Shown piece by piece: positions 57,698-64,000 of a stretch of 64,000 nt of DNA; within the stretch, counting starts at the first letter, position 1, and every line of letters starts with the position of its first letter. This DNA is from a bacterium (lineage in GTDB: Bacteria > UBA8248), in contig OZ244799.1 in NCBI GenBank assembly GCA_965219955.1, positions 832,001 through 896,000 of the forward strand, in the 5' to 3' direction. A program made the position numbers and the translations under genes. The notes beneath the pieces were generated by a model. The model was given only the letters and a program-made list of their open reading frames with translations, was not told where the DNA came from and did not search any database.

Positions 57698-57902
57698 GGA
57701 CTTGTTGAAAAACTCCTATCCGACCTTCGAGATTGTTCGCCGTAGGGACAGGCCTCTGTGCCTGTCCGAGACCTTTTACGGGCATGGACATTCCCGATAC
57801 GGGCGGGCACGGAGGCCCGCCCCTACGGTTGAAATTTTCATCTGTGGCGATCACGGGCATAATTCGCCGTTCCTCGTTCATCGAGGTTTTTTCAACAACC
57901 CT
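57698..57902. mobile_element. MITE-like element G (R3 cargo), CATC target duplication
   Basis: CATC|GGACTTGTTGAAAAA ... TTTTTCAACAACCCT|CATC; GTAG REP doublet at 57742-57826. Confidence 0.78.
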
Positions 57903-57929
57903 CATCGGTCGAGTTTGCCTCCCGCATTC

Positions 57930-57959
57930 TTGACATACCGCCCTCACGATACCTAGCAT
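57930..57959 (+). promoter_or_regulatory. Putative sigma70 promoter
   Basis: TTGACA-18nt-TAGCAT upstream of the SDR gene. Confidence 0.45.
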
Positions 57960-58027
57960 GGGGCATACGGAATCTTCTCTCACGCCTGCGGGACGCTCGT
58001 CGTGATCCCCCATTCGGACGCCATATT

Positions 58028-58813
58028 ATGAAACCCTCGGAACTTTTCGATGTCAGCGGACGCTCCGCGCTGGTAACGGGCGCGTCGGGCGCGTTCGGGG
58101 CGGTCGCCGCACGGACGCTGGCCGGAGCCGGCTGCCGCCTCACGCTGGCTTCCGGCAACGCGGACGCCTTAAATGCCATCGCGGGCGAGTGCCGCGAACT
58201 TGGGGCCGAGGTCGCGGCGGTGAACGCGCGCCCCGAAACCGAAGCCGTGGCCGACGCCATGGTGAGAAAAGCCGTGGAGGACTATGGCCGACTCGACATT
58301 CTGGTGGTGGCGTCGGGGATCAACAGGGTAGGGATGATCGATGAGATGGCGCCCGACGCGTTCGCAGACGTCATGGACGCCAACGTCACGCAGTCGTGGC
58401 TGTTGGCGCGCGCCGCGACGCGGCAGATGAAGGCGCAGGGGGACGGCGGCAAGATCGTCCTCGTCTCCTCGACGCGCGGGATTCTCGGCCACCCGGCGGG
58501 CTACACCGCCTATTGTGCATCGAAGGCGGCGGTCGACGGCATCACGAAGGCGCTCGCCTGCGAGTTGGGGCCGACGGGGATCACGGTGAACGCGGTCGGG
58601 CCGACCGTCTTCCGCTCGGTGCTCACGGACTGGATGTTCACCGACGCGCCCAAAGCTGTGAAGACCCGAGAGAACATCGTGAACCGGGTTCCGAAAGGCC
58701 GATTGGGCGAGCCCGAGGACCTCGCGGGGCCGCTGCTGTTCCTCGCATCGCGCGCGTCCGATTTCTACACCGGCCACATTCTCTACGCCGACGGCGGCTA
58801 TACGGCGGGATAG
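58028..58813 (+). CDS. SDR oxidoreductase
   Basis: TGASGAFG, YCASK, ADGG. Confidence 0.92.
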   Translation: MKPSELFDVSGRSALVTGASGAFGAVAARTLAGAGCRLTLASGNADALNAIAGECRELGAEVAAVNARPETEAVADAMVRKAVEDYGRLDILVVASGINRVGMIDEMAPDAFADVMDANVTQSWLLARAATRQMKAQGDGGKIVLVSSTRGILGHPAGYTAYCASKAAVDGITKALACELGPTGITVNAVGPTVFRSVLTDWMFTDAPKAVKTRENIVNRVPKGRLGEPEDLAGPLLFLASRASDFYTGHILYADGGYTAG

Positions 58814-58981
58814 GGCGAAAGTATCTGCCGACAGGGCATTTGAGGAAGCAACAGCCTCATATGGACCAAAACGTGAACCCGGGGAGAAAACCCGAGCCGA
58901 CGAACGCGAACGAAGCGCACGGCGGGAGCCGCGACGGCGGCCTGGCCGGCCCTTTCTAGAAACCCCCTTCGAGGAGAAATC

Positions 58982-60253
58982 ATGAAGCGCGTGATCGTTC
59001 CACCGGACTGCCCGGCCTCCCCGAAAGCGCAGTCAGAGGCCATCGAGACCGAACACCTGCTGTTCTTCGCCGGACAGATGGCGACGGACTACGCCACCGG
59101 CGTCGCCCCCGAGGCGGCCGTGGACCCCGACAACCCGTTCGGCGGCCCGCCGCCGATGGCGCGGCAGACCCACGTCATCCTCCGGCGGATGGGGAAAATC
59201 CTCGAATCAGCGGGCCTCGGTTTCGAGGACGTGATCCGCATCGAGCAGTTCATCACCGGCCGCGAGGAGGCCGCGTGGTATTCCGCGACGAGGCAGGCCT
59301 ACATGTCCCAGGCGCACCCGACCAGCACGCGGGTGGTGGCGCAGGCGCTGGAGGTGCCCGGTGCGCTCATCGTGTGCGACGGCTTCGCGCTCAAGCCCGG
59401 TTCGGGATGGGAGAAGCGGACGCACGACCTCGAACTCGTGCCCAAATCCCTCACGGGCTACCCGGCGGCGCAGTCCGCAGGCCCTTTCGTGCTCATGCCG
59501 GGCATGATCGCCACCGACTACGCGACCGGGATTCACCCCGACGCCCGCGTCGACCCGACTTTCTGGCACCAGTCCGCCATCAAGCGCCAGACCGAGTACA
59601 TCCTCCGCACCAAGCGGAAAGTCCTGAACGAGCTGGACCTCGACTTGAGCGATATCGTCCAGACTTCCGTCTACCTCACCCACATGGAGGACCTCCCGGC
59701 GGTGGACCTCGTGTGGCGCGAGTTCTTCGGCGACGCTCCGCCCGCGCGCAGCGTCATCCCCTGCGACGATCTGGCCATCGGCGGCGCGCGCATCGAGGTC
59801 AGCTCCATCTCCCTGCGCCCGGACGGCGGGCTTGCGCGCCAAACGATTCACTCGCCCGACGCCCCGCCATCCCCCTTCCATGAGCCGCACGCCGTCAAGA
59901 CGGGGCCGTATCTCTGGCTTTCGACGCAGATCGCAGCAGATGAAAACGGCCTCGCGCCCGAGGTTCGCGTGAACCCGGGCCTCCCCTGGCATTCCTCGCC
60001 CGTCAAGCGCCAGACCGAATACATTCTTAAGAACGCCGACGCCATCTGCCGCGCGGCGGGCGGGAGCCTCGCCGACGTCGTGAGAAGCCAGACCGTGTTC
60101 TGCGACATGAACGATCTGCACGGCGCGTTCGAAGTCTGGGGCGGCGCATTCACCGACGCGCCGCCGGTGAACATGAGCGCGCAGACCACCACCCCCATGC
60201 CCGTGCCCGGATGCCGTATCCTGGCGTCGCTCGTGGCCTACATCCCGGATTGA
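58982..60253 (+). CDS. Triple-domain Rid (YjgF/UK114) protein
   Basis: Three homologous repeats (GQMATD / GMIATD / TQIAAD; RQTHVIL / RQTEYIL / RQTEYIL). Confidence 0.88.
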   Translation: MKRVIVPPDCPASPKAQSEAIETEHLLFFAGQMATDYATGVAPEAAVDPDNPFGGPPPMARQTHVILRRMGKILESAGLGFEDVIRIEQFITGREEAAWYSATRQAYMSQAHPTSTRVVAQALEVPGALIVCDGFALKPGSGWEKRTHDLELVPKSLTGYPAAQSAGPFVLMPGMIATDYATGIHPDARVDPTFWHQSAIKRQTEYILRTKRKVLNELDLDLSDIVQTSVYLTHMEDLPAVDLVWREFFGDAPPARSVIPCDDLAIGGARIEVSSISLRPDGGLARQTIHSPDAPPSPFHEPHAVKTGPYLWLSTQIAADENGLAPEVRVNPGLPWHSSPVKRQTEYILKNADAICRAAGGSLADVVRSQTVFCDMNDLHGAFEVWGGAFTDAPPVNMSAQTTTPMPVPGCRILASLVAYIPD

Positions 60254-60311
60254 GGGGAGGGGCTTGGCCCTTTTCGGGGATGGAGGAGACGCCCCGCTCG
60301 ACTCAAAAACC

Positions 60312-60421
60312 AACCCCCCCTACCCCCCCTTGACAGGGGGGTAAAAAAAGGCGACGCCTGCCGCCGGTAGAGGGGTTTTTGATTTTTCTTGCCCCCCTGA
60401 CAAGGGGGGGTAGGGGGGGTT
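60312..60421. repeat. R4 C/G-rich inverted pair
   Basis: AACCCCCCCTACCCCCCCTTGACAGGGGGG ... CCCCCCTGACAAGGGGGGGTAGGGGGGGTT; same family as 46325-46435. Confidence 0.85.
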
Positions 60422-60488
60422 GCCTTTCAAGCAAAGGCCTTTGGGCGACTCCTCGAAGGTCGGGCTTTCCTCCTCGGACGAGGTTCAA

Positions 60489-60517
60489 ATTCACTCCCCC
60501 TCAAGGGGGGAGTGAAT
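60489..60517. repeat. R5 palindrome (uninterrupted version of the element J target)
   Basis: ATTCACTCCCCC-tcaag-GGGGGAGTGAAT. Confidence 0.8.
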
Positions 60518-60549
60518 CTCTTCTCTACTCGGTCGACAACTACCCGCAA

Positions 60550-60713
60550 GGGGCTGCCCCAAAAACCCCGGTTGGGGAGGGAGTCCCGATCATCGAAGTG
60601 TTCACCGTAGGGACAGGCCTCCGTGCCTGTCCGAAACCCTGACAAAGGACAACCACGGAGGGTTGTCCCTACATCCGCAACACCGACCAACGGGGGCTTT
60701 TTCAACATCCCCC
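60550..60713. mobile_element. MITE-like element H (R3 cargo, degenerate left TIR)
   Basis: GGGGCTGCCCCAAAAA ... TTTTTCAACATCCCC; GTAG doublet at 60607-60672; possible CAAG duplication. Confidence 0.65.
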
Positions 60714-60956
60714 CAAGCCAAGATTTTAAGGGTCAGGCCCCTCGCGCGTGGTTTAACCCGCGTATATATTATGCTAGTGTCAGTTACATACAGAAAATAA
60801 AGTGCGCTTGAGATTGCGGGCGGGCGATGCGGAATCGGGGCGGGACCACGATTTTCACGTCGTTTTTGCTTCACGCGATACAGCCCCGTTTCCCCGTCGT
60901 CTCTTCGCGGTCCGTGTCCGCCGGGCTCCGGCCCGGCCAGGAGAGGGAGTGGATAC

Positions 60957-62312
60957 ATGGAACAGGCGGCGGGCATGTCCGAACATCTAGAGAAGGTCTT
61001 CGCGGCGATCGACAAGGGGCGCCTCAAGAAGCTGGGAATGGACCTGGTCGACATCTGGAGCCCCACGGGGGAGGAAGAGGAGATCGCCCGCTTCCTCGGC
61101 GAGCGCTATGAGTCCATCGGGCTCGCCTCGCGCCTCCAGGAGTTCGAGACGGACAGGTTCAACGCGCTGGGGACGCTTCAGGGCGACGGCACGGGCATCG
61201 AGTTCCTCTTCTGCGGACATATCGACACCTCCTACTCGGGCAAGGAGCCCGGCCTCCCCAAGCTCCCCGCCTACCAGCCGAACGCCTGGAGCGAGACGGA
61301 CCCCGCCACGGGCGAGGAGTGGATATACGGCCTGGGCATCTACAACATGAAGGGCGCGATCGCCTGCTACGTTGAGGCGCTGAACGCCATCCAGGACGCG
61401 GGCGTCAAGCTCAAGGGGAACGCCACCGTCGGGGCGGTGGGCGGCGAGATCGAGATGGGCGCGATCGACCAGTACCAGGGCAAGCACTACCGGGGCGGCG
61501 GCTGCGGGGCCTGCTATCTGGCCACCCACGGCGGCACCGCCGACATGGCGGTCATCGGCGAGCCGTCCGAGATGCGGGTGGTCCTCGGCCACATGGGCTA
61601 CGTCTACCACAAGATCACCGTCTACGGGACGCCGGCCCACACGACCTACGCGCACAACGCGGTCAACGCCATCCTGAAGATGAAGAAAATCCTCGACGCC
61701 CTGGAGCGCTGGGCGCCCAAGTACCGCGAAGCGCATCCCTACGGCAACTCGAACGCCAACGTGAACATTGCGGCCATCGAGGGCGGCTGGCCCTGGCGGT
61801 GCAGCCGCACCCCCGTCTTCTGCAACCTCTATCTGGATACGCGCCTCCTGCCCAGGCAGCACCCCCTGGAGATCAAGCGCGAGATTCAGGACATCATCGA
61901 GGAGATCGTGGCGGGAGACCCCGACCTCAAGGTGGACCTCGAGATGTACATGTCCAACCCGGGGGCCGAGATCGAGGATGACGAATACATCTACGGCGCC
62001 ATCAAGCGCGCCCACAAGTCGGTGCACGGCCAGGACCCGGAAACGGTGACGGAGGGCTGGATATCGGACGCATCACACATCACGCGCTACGGCATTCCCA
62101 CCCTCAACTACGGACCCTCCGGCAGGACGCGCTCGGGCGTGCCGGGGTGGGACCCGAACATCGGCGAGCACGTGAGCCTCGAGGACCTCTACCACACCAC
62201 CAAGGTCTATGCGAGCCTGCTGCTCGACGTTTGCGGCAGGCCGAGGGAGGAAATCCTCCCCCACATCAAGCGGAAGATCGAACAGCAGCGCCACAGCACG
62301 GTCACGCTCTGA
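60957..62312 (+). CDS. M20 family amidohydrolase (ArgE/DapE-like) with atypical metal ligands
   Basis: SPTGEE, GHIDT, GLGIYNMKG, GEP, AHNAVNAI, SDA, YGP. Confidence 0.88.
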   Translation: MEQAAGMSEHLEKVFAAIDKGRLKKLGMDLVDIWSPTGEEEEIARFLGERYESIGLASRLQEFETDRFNALGTLQGDGTGIEFLFCGHIDTSYSGKEPGLPKLPAYQPNAWSETDPATGEEWIYGLGIYNMKGAIACYVEALNAIQDAGVKLKGNATVGAVGGEIEMGAIDQYQGKHYRGGGCGACYLATHGGTADMAVIGEPSEMRVVLGHMGYVYHKITVYGTPAHTTYAHNAVNAILKMKKILDALERWAPKYREAHPYGNSNANVNIAAIEGGWPWRCSRTPVFCNLYLDTRLLPRQHPLEIKREIQDIIEEIVAGDPDLKVDLEMYMSNPGAEIEDDEYIYGAIKRAHKSVHGQDPETVTEGWISDASHITRYGIPTLNYGPSGRTRSGVPGWDPNIGEHVSLEDLYHTTKVYASLLLDVCGRPREEILPHIKRKIEQQRHSTVTL

Positions 62313-62342
62313 ACCGCGGGAGGAGGAAGGCGGCGGATAGCC

Positions 62343-62551
62343 GGGGTTGCTGAAAAAGACCCTGTGTCGGGGTTGGCGGCATAGAGGTTCACGCGGCGCA
62401 GGCGCGATGGTTTTGTAGGGACAGGCCTCCGTGCCTGTCCTCACGAAGGACAACCACGGAGGGCAGGACAGGCACGGAGGCCTGTCCCTACGGTGAACAA
62501 TTCGATGCCCGGGATTCCCTCCCTCCCCAGGGGGACTTTTTCAACAACCCC
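62343..62551. mobile_element. MITE-like element I (R3 cargo)
   Basis: GGGGTTGCTGAAAAA ... TTTTTCAACAACCCC; GTAG doublet at 62415-62491. Confidence 0.82.
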
Positions 62552-62658
62552 GATAAGGGAGTAGGGGGGTACTGCCCCGGATGATTGGAACCTGGACGTT
62601 TGAGGAAGTTCCTGAAGAAGTTCGCTTTTCGAGGCAATCACTACAGGGAGGTTGAGCT

Positions 62659-63648
62659 ATGCGTCACACGGCAAACAGGATGTTCGGATTCGTGCTGATT
62701 CTACTGGTAGCGTTCGCCCTGGCTGCGGCCGTTCCCGCAGAAGCGGCGCCCAAGAAGTCCTCGTACACCTATCTCATCGGCTCCACGCCCCAGTTCGCGC
62801 CGATGGTGACGGCGGTTCACAAGGGGTTCTACAAGAAGCTGGGGCTCAACGTGAAACTCAAGCACTTCACCTCGGGCGGCGTCGCCGCGCAGTCGTTCAT
62901 CGCGGGACGCGGGGACTTCGTGAACACGGGAGACTGGCCCGCCGTGCGCACCTGGCTCCAGACCAAGGGCAAGATCGTCGGGCTCCACCCCTCCGCGCAC
63001 TACACCGAGCTTTCGGTGGTGGTCGCCAAGAAATCGATCAAGAGCGCCAAGGATTTCATCGGCAAGACGATGGGCGTATGGCTGGGGACGACGTCGGAGT
63101 TCTTCGCGGCCAAGTATCTCGACGCGAACGGCGTCAAGCTCTCCGACGTGAAGTACAAGAACGTCAAGCCGGCCGAGATGGTCGTCGCCCTGGACGGGGG
63201 CGACCTGGACGGCTTCACCATCTGGCAGCCCTTCGGCTGGCGGTCGGTCGAGGTGTCGGGCGCGAACAAGGTGCACATCCTGAGCACGGGCAAGGGTTTC
63301 TTCACGGAGTACATGGTCACGTCCGTCCGCAAGGACCTCATCGACAACGACTTCGACGCCGTGACGGCGCTCATCAAGGGAACGATCCAGGGCGCCGAAT
63401 TCTCCGCGAAGAACGTCGACGAAGCGGCGAAGATCGTGGGCAAGGAGTTCAAGGTCCCCGCGGACAAGGCAAAGCGGATGATCGCGGTCATGAACATGGA
63501 CGTGGCCTATACGCAGCAATTCCGAAAAGACATGGACGGCCTCAACAACTTCATGATCTCGAAGGGCAAGTCCAAGGCCAAGGTGGACTGGGGCAAGCTC
63601 TTCGACACGCGGGGCCTGAAGTCGGTGAGTTCCAAGCTCATCAAGTAG
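62659..63648 (+). CDS. ABC transporter substrate-binding protein (SsuA/TauA/NMT1-like)
   Basis: Signal peptide, KGFYKKLGLNV, FTSG, KDFIGKT, GDLDG..WQP. Confidence 0.88.
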   Translation: MRHTANRMFGFVLILLVAFALAAAVPAEAAPKKSSYTYLIGSTPQFAPMVTAVHKGFYKKLGLNVKLKHFTSGGVAAQSFIAGRGDFVNTGDWPAVRTWLQTKGKIVGLHPSAHYTELSVVVAKKSIKSAKDFIGKTMGVWLGTTSEFFAAKYLDANGVKLSDVKYKNVKPAEMVVALDGGDLDGFTIWQPFGWRSVEVSGANKVHILSTGKGFFTEYMVTSVRKDLIDNDFDAVTALIKGTIQGAEFSAKNVDEAAKIVGKEFKVPADKAKRMIAVMNMDVAYTQQFRKDMDGLNNFMISKGKSKAKVDWGKLFDTRGLKSVSSKLIK

Positions 63649-63741
63649 GCAAGGGACGAAAACGCGGTTCGGGCCAGTTGAAAGAGTCCAGTGAACGATT
63701 TTGGTTGAGCGCAAGTTTTTGAATTTCATTCCCCCCTTGAG

Positions 63742-63957
63742 GGGGTTGTTGAAAAAGCCTGTTTCGGGGTCGGCGGCATGGAGGTTCACGCGGCGCAGGC
63801 GCGATGGTTTTGTAGGGACAGGCCTCCGTGCCTGTCCTCACGAAGGACAACCACGAAAGGCAGGACAGGCACGGAGGCCTGTCCCTACGGGCGAATGCAG
63901 TTTTGATCGTCATTCCGGTAATCAATGCCGACCGAGGAGGGGTTTTTCAACAGCCCC
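63742..63957. mobile_element. MITE-like element J (R3 cargo), TTGAG duplication inside an R5 palindrome
   Basis: TTGAG|GGGGTTGTTGAAAAA ... TTTTTCAACAGCCCC|TTGAG; the flanks rebuild R5. Confidence 0.88.
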
Positions 63958-63991
63958 TTGAGTGGGAGTGAATCTGAAAACCCACGGGGGA

Positions 63992-64000
63992 GGGGCTGTT
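63992..64000 (+). mobile_element. Possible start of another TIR at the window edge
   Basis: GGGGCTGTT truncated by the window end. Confidence 0.35.

Noticed and set aside
60755-60800. Regulator site (TGTCAGTTACATACA) upstream of the M20 gene
   Set aside because: It is a single imperfect palindrome with no regulator gene or second copy to support it.
31530-63957. CRISPR array
   Set aside because: The repeats are dispersed inverted pairs, not regularly spaced direct repeats with unique spacers, and no cas genes are present.

Overview
This is a GC-rich bacterial chromosomal window of about 55 genes. Housekeeping genes (leuS, leuA, pepA, rsmD, mqnD, a 2-oxoacid dehydrogenase E1/E2 set) are mixed with many catabolic paralogs (glcDEF, prpB, three MmgE/PrpD, cupins, VOC, Rid, SDR, amidohydrolases, four MFS, two substrate-binding proteins). 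I found no rRNA, tRNA, CRISPR array or transposase. Five signals stand out. (1) A family of short non-autonomous elements is bounded by 15-bp GGGGYTGTTGAAAAA terminal inverted repeats; they carry shuffled cargos of several REP-like palindrome families and are themselves inserted into REP hairpins with target duplications. (2) An iodothyronine deiodinase-like selenoprotein (in-frame UGA plus SECIS-like hairpin) is split in two by the ORF track. (3) A stand-alone ~210-nt transcription unit holds a 31-codon ORF and three CUGAAA-loop hairpins. (4) A DARS-like triple DnaA-box element lies between rsmD and an SDR gene. (5) An AtzD/barbiturase-family enzyme has a hybrid active site. All calls come from reading motifs by eye; no database search was run.
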